From Acidimicrobiales bacterium (GTDB lineage: Bacteria; Actinomycetota; Acidimicrobiia; Acidimicrobiales; JADJXE01), in the NCBI GenBank assembly GCA_016716005.1, contig JADJXE010000001.1, positions 655,011 through 719,010 on the forward strand: a DNA stretch of 64,000 nucleotides. Reading direction: 5' to 3'. Shown piece after piece: positions 8,397 to 17,049 of this stretch. Both the position numbers and the translations under genes were made by a program. Position 1 is the first letter of the stretch, and each line of letters begins with the position of its first letter. The notes under the pieces were generated by a model, which worked only from the letters and a program-made list of their open reading frames with translations, made no database searches and was not told where the DNA came from.

Positions 8397-9641
8397 GTGG
8401 TCCACCGTGTGGCACCGCCACGACGGCGACGGCACCTCGCCGCCGTGCGACCGCTCCGACCCGCCGTCCTCGTCCTCGCCACGCTGCTCGTGGCCGCTGG
8501 CTGTTCCTCGTCGGACGACGCCGGCCCCACGACCGCAGCGCCGACCACCACTGCGCCCCCCGCCGATCCCGTCACCGTCACCGTCTTCGCCGGTGGCGAT
8601 GCGGGCTACGACACCTTTCGGATCCCGGTCGTCGTCGCCACCGCCGACGGCGGGCTGCTCGCCTTCGCCGAGGGGCGCGGCTCGACCTCCGACGATGGCG
8701 ACGTCGACCTCGTGCTCAGGCGCAGCGACGACGGCGGCCGCACCTGGGGGCCGTTGCAGGTCGTCGTCGACGACGGGCCGGACTTCGCCGGCAACCCGGC
8801 ACCGGTGGTCGACGCCTCCACGGGCCGCGTGCTGGTGCCCTTCATCGCCAAGGCGGGCACCGACGAGGAGATCGAGATCGTCCTCGGCACGAGCGAGGGG
8901 ACGAGCCGGGTGCTGCTGACCACCAGCGACGACGGCGGCGCCACGTGGAGTGCGCCGGTCGACCTCACGGCGCAGGTGAAGCGGCCGGAGTGGCGCTGGT
9001 ACGCCGTCGGGCCCGGCCACGCCATCCAGCTGCGGCACGGCCCGCATGCCGGGCGCCTCGTGGTGCCGGCCAACCACTCCGACCCGGCCCGGGGCTACGG
9101 CGCCCACCTCGTCCTGAGCGACGACGGCGGCGCCACGTGGACGATCGGCGCCGTCGACACCCCAGCGGGGGGCGACCGCCATCCCAACGAGAGCACGGCG
9201 GCGGAACGGCCCGACGGCACCGTCTACGTCAACGCCCGCGACCAGGACGGCACCGACGCGTGGCACCGCCTCGCCGCCACGTCGAGCGACGGCGGCGCGT
9301 CGTTCGACGCGCCCTTCACCGACGTCGTCGGGCTCGTCGCGCCGGTCGTGCAGGCGTCGGTGCTCGCCGTCGACGACGGGGCGGTGCTGCTGCTGTCGGC
9401 GCCCAGCGCGCCCGACGCCCGCTTCGACCTCCGGGTGCGGCGATCCCTCGACGGCGGCGCCACGTGGAGCACCGGCGCGCTCGTCCAGGGCGGCCCGGCC
9501 GGCTACTCCGACCTCGTCGCGCTGACCGACGGCACGATCGGGGTGCTGTACGAGACGGGTGACACGGAGGCCGCCGAGCGCATCGACCTGGCCCTGCTGC
9601 CCGGGGCCTGGCTGGAAGCCAACGACACCGCCGCCACCTGA
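8397..9641 (+). CDS. exo-alpha-sialidase (BNR/Asp-box), lipoprotein
   Basis: Within ORF 8046..9641. GTG at 8397 follows GGAGGGAGG. Lipobox LLVAAGCSS, FRIP motif (YDTFRIPVV) and Asp-boxes SDDGGRTW, SDDGGATW (x2), SSDGGASF and SLDGGATW. Confidence 0.9.
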   Translation: MVHRVAPPRRRRHLAAVRPLRPAVLVLATLLVAAGCSSSDDAGPTTAAPTTTAPPADPVTVTVFAGGDAGYDTFRIPVVVATADGGLLAFAEGRGSTSDDGDVDLVLRRSDDGGRTWGPLQVVVDDGPDFAGNPAPVVDASTGRVLVPFIAKAGTDEEIEIVLGTSEGTSRVLLTTSDDGGATWSAPVDLTAQVKRPEWRWYAVGPGHAIQLRHGPHAGRLVVPANHSDPARGYGAHLVLSDDGGATWTIGAVDTPAGGDRHPNESTAAERPDGTVYVNARDQDGTDAWHRLAATSSDGGASFDAPFTDVVGLVAPVVQASVLAVDDGAVLLLSAPSAPDARFDLRVRRSLDGGATWSTGALVQGGPAGYSDLVALTDGTIGVLYETGDTEAAERIDLALLPGAWLEANDTAAT

Positions 9642-9806
9642 GACCGGGTGGCGGGGGGTCGGCTGCGGGGCCGGCCAGCGGGGCGCCCACCTCGCTGGCC
9701 ACCACGTCCGCCAGCGCGACACACCCCCGTCGCATGGTGCTCGTGCCGCACCGAGGTGCCTCCTGGCCCAGGCCGCCCGTTGTCGGTTCCACCCAGGAGC
9801 GGGACA

Positions 9807-10159
9807 ATGCAGGTCGATGAGCGTGCTCGCCTTGCTCTCCACCGGAGTCTCGAGGCGTCGCTGGCGCTGACGAGGCAGCCACGCTGATGGCCCTCCTCCC
9901 CCCGGCGGCCTGGGCCGACGTGACCACGAAGCAGGATCTCGAGAGCCTGCGCGTCGAGCTGAGAGGCGACATCGCCCTGCTGCGGGGCGAGGTGCACCGA
10001 CAGACGGGCGCCGTGCGCGACGAGATCGGAGCGGTCCGCCAGGAGATCGCCGTCACCTTCGGACAGCTCGTCGGCCAGCAGCGGACGCTCTTCTTCGCCA
10101 TGCTCGGCGTGGTGTTCGCCGTCGCCGCGCTGGCATTCGGCCTCGCCGGGCTCACCTGA
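9807..10159 (+). pseudogene. DUF1640-like coiled-coil/TM protein, paralogue B, split by a 1-nt frameshift (or two coupled small ORFs 9807..9887 and 9887..10159)
   Basis: MQVDERARLALHRSLEASL (frame 1) stops at 9885-9887. Frame 2 reads GADEAATLMALLPPAAWADVTTKQDLESLRVELRGD... Joined together, the two align collinearly with paralogue A. The frames switch at CTGG(G)CG, 9861-9865. Confidence 0.6.
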
Positions 10160-10177
10160 GAGCGGCCAACACCCCGG

Positions 10178-11121
10178 CTACTCGTCGAGGCCGAGCAGCG
10201 TCCGCAGGCGGGCCGGGCGCATCGTGACGGCGAAGGAGCCGGGCTCCCACTCGGGGAAAGAAGCGATGAGCCCTCCAGCTCCTCGCGGCGGGTCGGGTCG
10301 GCGGCGGCCTGGCGCGGGGTGAGGCCGCCGAGGGCGGGGACCGACTCATCGCACCAGCGCTGCTCGAACCGATCGGCGATGGCCTCGCAGGGCGGCGCGC
10401 TCCTCCTCGTTGCGCGGCACGAACAGGTCCGTCGACCCGGCCGGGCCGCCTGACCCGGCCCGGGTCGCCAGCTCCTCCGCCCGCACGGGCGTGCGCTCGT
10501 CCTCGACGACCCGCGCGCCGGGGATCGCACCGAGCACCGTGTCGAGCACGGCGTCGAGGCGCCCCTCGCTCATCGTCTCCACCGTGATCGTGCGATCCGC
10601 GAAGCGGATCCAGGCCCGCACCACGGTCTCCCACTCCCCCAGCTCGTGGCGGTCGAGCCAGGTGTCGCCGCCGACGTCCTCGTCCAGCTCGTAGCGCTCG
10701 TCGAGCACCAGAGCGGCGGCGCTGGCCGAGGGCACCTCGATCTCGGCCCGGCACGCCACCAGCGGCTCGTTCTCGCGGGTGAGCAGCGTGGGCGGCCGCT
10801 CGGCCGCGGCGAGGTAGCCCAACAGCTCGGCCGGGTCGTCCTCCAACAGCTCGAGCACCTGTCGCTCCGTGCCGGGTGACACCTCGAACACTCGAGCCCG
10901 GCGGCCAGCAGGCGCTGAGCCGCGGACCACGTCTCGGGTGGCTCGCCGCCAGCGATCTGGTTGGCCAGCGCCTCGCGCACCACGGCCCGCAACCGGCCTC
11001 CCGGCTGGTCGATGGCGTCGCCCATCTCCCGCTCGATGAGCAGCGAGCGGTCGTCCGGGTCGTCGGGGTCGTCGCCTTCGGGCACCTCTGCGAACAGCAG
11101 CGCAACCTTCGCCGGGTCCAT
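10178..11121 (-). pseudogene. conserved hypothetical gene interrupted by about 3 frameshifts
   Basis: Four collinear protein-like segments lie in different minus-strand frames. They are MDPAKVALLFAEVPEG...AAQRLLAAGLE, then VFEVSPGTERQVLELLEDD...VPRNEEERAAL, then CEAIADRFEQRWCDESVPALGGLTPRQAAADPTRREELEG, then LIASFPEWEPGSFAVTMRPARLRTLLGLDE followed by a stop. Confidence 0.6.
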
Positions 11122-11268
11122 CACCCGCACGCTGGGACGCCGTTCGGGGTTCACGCCCCGGTCGACCGGGCAGACCACGTCGCCGGGGCCTGCACCCTCG
11201 CGGTCACAGGTGGCCCGGCCACGCCGGGTCGGCATCGGGGTGACGGCGGCGGCCGGCCAGGCGGGCCG

Positions 11269-11321
11269 CCGTTCTGTGCACCGGCAGTGCCGCAATGCGA
11301 TCGTCCCGGTGCACAGAACGG
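11269..11321. repeat. REP-like palindromic element, copy 2 (best copy)
   Basis: CCGTTCTGTGCACCGG (11269-11284), a 21-nt loop, then CCGGTGCACAGAACGG (11306-11321). The arms are a perfect 16-bp inverted repeat. Intergenic. Confidence 0.9.
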
Positions 11322-11348
11322 GAGGCCGACACGAGGTCGTCGATCCCC

Positions 11349-12275
11349 TCAGGGCCCCTGCGGCCCGGTTCCCTCCCCGGCGAGCCGTTCGTACGCGGCC
11401 GCCAGCACGTCGGCCACCGGCCGGCCCCAGGCTCGCCGCTCCAGCGGGGCGAGCCGCTCGGGCGCGGCCGCCGACGGGCCGGGGGACGTGCGCGCGTCGT
11501 CGAGGCCCGGGCCGGCGCGGTACCAGGTGTCGGGATCGGCTTCGACGACCACCCCGTCGGCCGGCGGGGTCACCCCGTCGGGCCACCACGGCGCCGGGCG
11601 GCCCACCACCGGGGCCGGCGCCGCGACGCCCCCGGGGCCGTGGCCGGCGGTCCCCCGCCGCTGTCGGAGCCCGGCCAGCAGCTCGACGCGCCCGCGACCG
11701 CGCAGCAGCAGCACCGCGAAGGGGTCGTCGTCGAGGCGCTCGGCCAGCAGGTAGAGGGTGGCGGCCAGGTGCTTGCACGGGTTCTCCCAGTCGGGGCAGC
11801 TGCACGAGGCCCGCAGCTCTCCCCACGACTGCGGCAGCAGCGCGACGCCCGTCTCGGCGGTCACCACGTCCTCGAGGTCGGGCGGGAGCTCACCGTCGAG
11901 GAGCCGGGCGGCGAACGCGGCCCGGGCGGCCAGGCGATCCTCGAGGCGCTCCCAGGTGGCATCGTCGAACACGGGCACCTCGACGACGCAGCGGTAGGGG
12001 GTCGGCCGGGACCCCTGCACCACCGCCTCGATGCGCCCGGGCACCACGCCCAGGGAGCGCACCTGGCCGGCCCTGGCGTAGCGCCGGCCCCGGCTCATCC
12101 GCGCCCCGAGTCCGTACGACTCGAGCACGGCCACGAAGCGCCGCGACCACCACTGCTCGCCGATGCCGCCTCGCTGGCTGCGCGCCACCAGGCCGCCGTC
12201 GACGGGCAGGGGTCGCGACGGTGGCCAGCCGCTCGCCCACCGGCCGGGCCCCCCTCCCTGACCGCGGCCGGCCAT
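11349..12275 (-). CDS. SWIM zinc-finger protein
   Basis: Within ORF 11349..14471. ATG at 12275 forms an ATGA overlap with the SNF2 stop. SWIM motif CSCPDWENPCKH. Confidence 0.85.
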   Translation of the reverse strand: MAGRGQGGGPGRWASGWPPSRPLPVDGGLVARSQRGGIGEQWWSRRFVAVLESYGLGARMSRGRRYARAGQVRSLGVVPGRIEAVVQGSRPTPYRCVVEVPVFDDATWERLEDRLAARAAFAARLLDGELPPDLEDVVTAETGVALLPQSWGELRASCSCPDWENPCKHLAATLYLLAERLDDDPFAVLLLRGRGRVELLAGLRQRRGTAGHGPGGVAAPAPVVGRPAPWWPDGVTPPADGVVVEADPDTWYRAGPGLDDARTSPGPSAAAPERLAPLERRAWGRPVADVLAAAYERLAGEGTGPQGP

Positions 12276-15200
12276 CACACCGCCTCGGCCACGGCGTCGG
12301 CCGACAGGACGACCAGCTCGCGCAGCTCGTCGGTGCCGAGCTCGGTGAGCCAGCGCTCCCCCGTGCCCACCACCCGGTCGGCCAGCGCCCGCTTGGTCGC
12401 CATCAGGGCATCGATGCGCTCCTCCACGGTGCCCATGCACACCAGCGTGCGCACCTGCACCTGGCGGCGCTGGCCGATCCGGTAGGCCCGGTCGGTGGCC
12501 TGGTCCTCCACGGCCGGGTTCCACCAGCGGTCGAGGTGCACCACGTGGTTGGCGGCGGTGAGGTTGAGCCCGGTCCCGCCCGCCTTGAGCGACACCACCA
12601 GCACCGGCGGACCGTCCGCCGCCTGGAAGCGATCGACCAGCTCGTCGCGAGCGGCCTTGCGCACGCCGCCGTGCAGCCAGAGCACCTGCTCGCCCAGGCG
12701 TCGCTCGAGGTAGGGGGCGAGCAGGTGGCCCCACGCCGCGAACTGGGTGAAGCACAGGGCCCGCTCGCCGGCGGCGAGCACCTCCTCCAGCAGCTCCTCG
12801 ACACGGGCCAGCTTGCCGGACCGACCGACGAGGGGTGAGCCGTCGGCCAGCAGCTGGGCCGGGTGGTTGCAGACCTGCTTCAGCCTGGTCAGCCCGGCCA
12901 GCACGACACCCCGGCGCTGCTGGCCCTCGGCCTCGTCGGCCCTCCGGAGCATCTCGTCGACCACGGCCCGGTAGAGCGACGCCTGCTCCCGGGTGAGGCT
13001 GCAGCGCTCGGTGAACTCGAGCTTGTCGGGCAGGTCGGCGATCACGGTCCGGTCGGTCTTCAGCCGCCGGAGCACGAAGGGACGGGTGACGCGCCGCAGC
13101 AGCTCGGCCGCCTCGTCGTCGCGGTGGCGCTCGATGGGCACGGCGAAGCGCTCCCGGAAGGCGGTCGCCGAGCCGAGCAGGCCCGGGTTGAGCACATCCA
13201 TCAAGGCCCAAAGCTCGGACAGGCGGTTCTCCACCGGCGTGCCCGTCAGCGCCACGCGCCGCCCCGCCGACAGGCGGCGAACGGCCTGGGCCTGCTTGGT
13301 GCCCGGGTTCTTCACGTACTGCGCCTCGTCGAGCACCACCCGGCCCCACGCGACGGCGGCGAACAGGGCGGCGTCGCGGGCCAGCAGGGCGTACGTGGTC
13401 AGGACGACATCGACCTCGCCGGCCCGCTCGGCGAAGGCGACGGGGTCGACCCGCCGCCGCGACCCGTGGTGCACCTCCACCCGCAGCGCCGGCGTGAACC
13501 GCTCGGCCTCCCGCTGCCAGTTGCCCAGCACCGACATGGGCGAGACCACCAGCGTGGGCCCACCGACCGGATCGGCGACGACGTGGGCGAGGAGCTGGGG
13601 GGTCTTGCCCAGACCCATGTCGTCGGCCAGGCAGGCCCCCAGGCCGAGCCGGCCGAGGAACCCGAGCCAGCCCACGCCCCGCTCCTGGTAGGGACGGAGC
13701 TCGCCGTGGAAGCCCGACGGCGTGGGTACGGGCTCCACGCGCTGGTGCGCCACGTCGTCGAGGAGCGAGGCCAGCCACCCCTCGGCCCGCACCCCCAGCA
13801 CCGGGAGGTCGCCGGGGCCGGCGGCGAGGCCGGCTCCGGCCCCGGGGAGGCCGAGGTCGAGGCGCACCAGCTCGGCCAGCTCCCCCGGGGCGGCGGGCCG
13901 CTCCAGCAGCCGGCGGGCCGCGGCCAGGTCGCCGGGGCCCAGCTCCACCCACTGGCCCCGCACCCGCACGAGGGGCGCCTTGGCCGCGGCCAGCTCGTCG
14001 AGCTCGTCCTCGGTGAGCGCCTCCTCGCCCAGCGCCACCTCCCACGAGAACTCGGCCGCGGCGAGCAGGTCGAGGCCGCTGGCCGTCACGGCCGTCGTGC
14101 CGGGCGGCGACGCCGCCGACGACCGGGCGTGGAGCCGGGCGCCGAGCCGGGGGCGCCGCAGCCACCACGACGGGAGCAGCACCCCGATCCCCGCCTGCTC
14201 GAGCAGGGGCGCGGCGGCCACGAGGAACCGGTGCGCCTCCTCCACGGCGAGATCGGCGCCCTCGGGGCGGGCCACGTCGAGCGACGCCGCCAGGTCGGGG
14301 CAGAGGCGCACGGCCCGGCCGAGGGCACCGAGGACACGTTCGTCGAGATCGGGCACCTCGGCCCGAAGCCGGCCGACGGCGCGGGGCACCCGCCGGCCGG
14401 TCGCCCACAGCCTGCCCAACGGCAAGAGCAGGCTCGGGTCGGACGCCGGCTGCACCAGGTACTCGAGCCACCAGCGCTGCCCGCCGCCACCACCGCCGGT
14501 CTCGAGGCCGGTCTCGCCCACGGTCTCCACCGCGGCGCCGGTCTCGCCCACGGTCTCCGTGGCGGCGCCGGCCTCTGCCTCGGGCGGCGGCTCCAGGCGC
14601 AGCACCAGGCGAACCGGGCCGGCGTCGGGGAGGCCCGAGCGCACCCAGGCGCTGACCTCCGCGAGCAGGCGCTCGAGCGCCGCCCGATCGAGCGGGAAGC
14701 CGGGCGACGAGGCCAGCACGGGGTCGGCTCCGATCAGGGACGTAAGCCAGGCCGCCGTGACCCGCTCGTCGGGTCCGCGGCGAGGGCGGGCGCGGGGCGG
14801 ATCCAGCCGCACCCCGTCGAGGCGTGCCCGGCAGGCGGCGTCGACCAGCGCACCCAGGATCTCGGCCGTGCTCGTCGCGCGGTCACCACCGGCCACGCTG
14901 GCCGGCACCGAGGCGACGAGGGCGCGCAGGCGCGCCACCTCGCCGGCGCCCGGCACCGGCCACCAGCGGGCCTCGGCCCGGCCGTCGTCGTGCAGCACCA
15001 GCCCGGGAGCCACCGCTCCGGCCGCGGCCAGGTCGTCGGCCAGGGCGGCCACGGCCAGCACCCATCGCAACGAGTCGGCGGCCCACCGGCTCACCGGTGC
15101 ATCCCCGTCGAGCAGCCCCAGGAGCCACGGCAGGGCCGAGGCGGGATCGACCAGCAGGGCCGGGACCACCTGCGTCTCGGGTCGCCGACCGCCGGGCCGG

Positions 15201-15379
15201 GCCAGGAGCAGCGGCACCTCGGCCGATCGGGCTGCGGCCGGGCCGTCGCCGAGCGTCCCGAGCAGCGTCGACCGGGACGCCGACGGCGGCCGGCGGCGCG
15301 GCATTGGTCCCGTCGTGCGACCCCAGAGCGCGATGCACCCGTCCGACCACGCGGCTTCGACGACGACGGGCCCGCTCAT
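12275..15379 (-). CDS. SNF2/RAD54-family helicase (HelZ-like)
   Basis: Within ORF 12275..16231, starting at ATG 15379 (MSGPVVVEAAW). Motifs LADDMGLGKT, VLDEAQYVKN, LTGTPVENRL, SLKAGGTGLNLT and QATDRAYRIGQ. Confidence 0.9.
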   Translation of the reverse strand: MSGPVVVEAAWSDGCIALWGRTTGPMPRRRPPSASRSTLLGTLGDGPAAARSAEVPLLLARPGGRRPETQVVPALLVDPASALPWLLGLLDGDAPVSRWAADSLRWVLAVAALADDLAAAGAVAPGLVLHDDGRAEARWWPVPGAGEVARLRALVASVPASVAGGDRATSTAEILGALVDAACRARLDGVRLDPPRARPRRGPDERVTAAWLTSLIGADPVLASSPGFPLDRAALERLLAEVSAWVRSGLPDAGPVRLVLRLEPPPEAEAGAATETVGETGAAVETVGETGLETGGGGGGQRWWLEYLVQPASDPSLLLPLGRLWATGRRVPRAVGRLRAEVPDLDERVLGALGRAVRLCPDLAASLDVARPEGADLAVEEAHRFLVAAAPLLEQAGIGVLLPSWWLRRPRLGARLHARSSAASPPGTTAVTASGLDLLAAAEFSWEVALGEEALTEDELDELAAAKAPLVRVRGQWVELGPGDLAAARRLLERPAAPGELAELVRLDLGLPGAGAGLAAGPGDLPVLGVRAEGWLASLLDDVAHQRVEPVPTPSGFHGELRPYQERGVGWLGFLGRLGLGACLADDMGLGKTPQLLAHVVADPVGGPTLVVSPMSVLGNWQREAERFTPALRVEVHHGSRRRVDPVAFAERAGEVDVVLTTYALLARDAALFAAVAWGRVVLDEAQYVKNPGTKQAQAVRRLSAGRRVALTGTPVENRLSELWALMDVLNPGLLGSATAFRERFAVPIERHRDDEAAELLRRVTRPFVLRRLKTDRTVIADLPDKLEFTERCSLTREQASLYRAVVDEMLRRADEAEGQQRRGVVLAGLTRLKQVCNHPAQLLADGSPLVGRSGKLARVEELLEEVLAAGERALCFTQFAAWGHLLAPYLERRLGEQVLWLHGGVRKAARDELVDRFQAADGPPVLVVSLKAGGTGLNLTAANHVVHLDRWWNPAVEDQATDRAYRIGQRRQVQVRTLVCMGTVEERIDALMATKRALADRVVGTGERWLTELGTDELRELVVLSADAVAEAV
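14495..14581. repeat. 30-bp in-frame tandem repeat in the SNF2 N-terminal linker
   Basis: GCCGGTCTCGCCCACGGTCTCCACCGCGGC (14507-14536) and GCCGGTCTCGCCCACGGTCTCCGTGGCGGC (14537-14566), plus partial flanking units. Encodes ...ATETVGETGAAVETVGETGLETG... Confidence 0.85.
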
Positions 15380-15406
15380 CAGACCACCCGGCCGATCACC
15401 CGCACG

Positions 15407-15449
15407 GTCGGCGAGCCTGGCACAACCCGTCGGCGAGCCCGGCGCAGCC
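15407..15449. promoter_or_regulatory. imperfect 21-nt direct repeat (period 22) in the divergent SNF2/SGNH intergenic region
   Basis: GTCGGCGAGCCTGGCACAACC (15407-15427) and GTCGGCGAGCCCGGCGCAGCC (15429-15449), 18/21 identical. A regulatory role is inferred from position only. Confidence 0.3.
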
Positions 15450-15566
15450 GAGCGGTTGGTGCGCTCGCGCCGATGGACCCGGGACCTCCGCCCCTGCCGC
15501 GGCACGACCCGACAGCGCGCACCATGGCGTGGGCGCGCACGGCGCGCACGGCGACGGAGGCAGCCC

Positions 15567-17036
15567 ATGGAGATCGGAGCGGCCCACGGGGGACGGGCCC
15601 GGCCGCGGCCCGGGCCGACCACCCTCGGCGTGCTCGCCGTCCTCGCGACCTTTGCCGCCGGCCTCGCCGCCGCCAGTGCGCCCGCCGGCGCCGAACCGCG
15701 GCCGCTTCGGGTGCTGCTCGTGGGCGACGAGGTGATGGCCCAGGCCGGGCCCGAGCTGGCGACCCGCCTCACCCGCACCGGGCTGGCCCTGGTGGTCGCC
15801 CAGGCGGCCCGACCGGGCACGGGGATGGCCGGCACCTTCGACTGGCCCGCCGAGCTCGACCGCCTCCTCGACGCCACGGGCGCCGAGCTGGTCGTCGCGC
15901 ACTTCGGCGGGGCCGACACCCCGCCGTGGGCGCCCGGGCCCGACGGCGCGCCGGCGGCACCGGGCTCTCCGGCGTGGCTCAACCGCTGGGGCAGCGGCGT
16001 GCTGGCCCTGATGGACGTGGCCACGGCCCACGACGCCCGCGTGCTCTGGGTGGTGCCGCCGCCCGACGGCGACCCGGCCCGGGCCATCACCACTGAGATG
16101 ATCGCCGTCGGCCAGCAGGCGCTCCTCGCGTCGTACCCGGGCCGGGTCTCCTTCGCCGACGCCCGCCGGCGGCTGGCCGGGCCCGACGGCGGCTTCACCG
16201 CGACCGTCCCCGGGCCCGGCGGCGCCACCATGGCCCTGCGCGCAGAGGACGGCTACGGGCTGGCCCCCGAAGGTGCCCACCGGCTGGCCGAGCTCGTGGC
16301 CGACCAGATCATCCGGGAGTGGTGCCTGGATCCGACGGGCTCGGGCTGCGTGCCCTCGTTCGGCGGACCGCCACCCACCCCGGTGGCCCCCGCGGGCCGG
16401 CCGCGTGTGCTGCTGGTCGGCGACAGCATCGCCTTCCAGGTGGCGCCCCGCCTGCAGGCGCTCCTCGAGGGCAGCGGCCGGGCGTGGGTGCACGCGGCCC
16501 ACCACTCCACCGCCGGGCTGGTGTCGTCGAGCTACGACTGGGCCGCCCGCATCCGCGCCGAAGCCGAGGCGTTCCGACCCGACGTGGTGCTCGTCGACCT
16601 GGAGGGCGGCTACCGGCCCCCCTGGGTGCGCGAGGCCGGCGGCGCCGAGATCCCCCCTGGCTCCTTCGCCTACGCGGCGGAGTGGCTGCGGCGGGCCGAC
16701 GACCTCACCGCGAACCTGGTGGCCGGCGGCGCCCGCGTCGTGTGGCTCCTGTCGTCCGAGCTCTACGGCCGTGACGACGGCGGGCGCCTCACCCTGGGCC
16801 CACTGTGGCACGCGCTGTCGCAGCGGTTCGGCGCCCGCGTCGACGCCCTCGACGGCTGGGAGGCCCTCGGCCGGACGACCTTGCTGCCACCCCCCGACCG
16901 CCCGGCGACCCGCCTACCCGACCTGGGTCACCTCACGGCCTACGGCGCCGACCGCTACGCCCGCCTGCTGGTGGCCGATCTGGAGGCCGACGGCTGCCTG
17001 GTCGGCCCCGGCGCCTGCGCGGCGCCGACCGCCTGA
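15567..17036 (+). CDS. secreted protein with two tandem SGNH/GDSL-hydrolase-like domains
   Basis: Within ORF 13722..17036. ATG at 15567 follows GGAGG. It has a signal-like N-terminus, and the pattern LRVLLVGDEVM.../...PRVLLVGDSIAFQ occurs twice. Confidence 0.75.
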   Translation: MEIGAAHGGRARPRPGPTTLGVLAVLATFAAGLAAASAPAGAEPRPLRVLLVGDEVMAQAGPELATRLTRTGLALVVAQAARPGTGMAGTFDWPAELDRLLDATGAELVVAHFGGADTPPWAPGPDGAPAAPGSPAWLNRWGSGVLALMDVATAHDARVLWVVPPPDGDPARAITTEMIAVGQQALLASYPGRVSFADARRRLAGPDGGFTATVPGPGGATMALRAEDGYGLAPEGAHRLAELVADQIIREWCLDPTGSGCVPSFGGPPPTPVAPAGRPRVLLVGDSIAFQVAPRLQALLEGSGRAWVHAAHHSTAGLVSSSYDWAARIRAEAEAFRPDVVLVDLEGGYRPPWVREAGGAEIPPGSFAYAAEWLRRADDLTANLVAGGARVVWLLSSELYGRDDGGRLTLGPLWHALSQRFGARVDALDGWEALGRTTLLPPPDRPATRLPDLGHLTAYGADRYARLLVADLEADGCLVGPGACAAPTA

Positions 17037-17049
17037 CGGCCCCGCCTTC

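Noticed and set aside
10880-10900. Alternative reading of 10178-11121 as two or three independent small genes
   Set aside because: This is possible for the first junction, where a GTG (VFEV...) could be a start. The last two junctions, however, cut through conserved-looking motifs (…EERAAL/CEAIADRF… and …REELEG/LIASFPEW…), which favours frameshifts. The first junction remains uncertain.
11349-15379. SNF2 + SWIM as part of a known phage-defence system (DISARM, Zorya-type, Druantia-like)
   Set aside because: None of the other required components (methyltransferase, DUF1998, PLD nuclease, ZorAB-like proteins) are nearby. The pair matches the broadly conserved HelZ/SWIM housekeeping arrangement.
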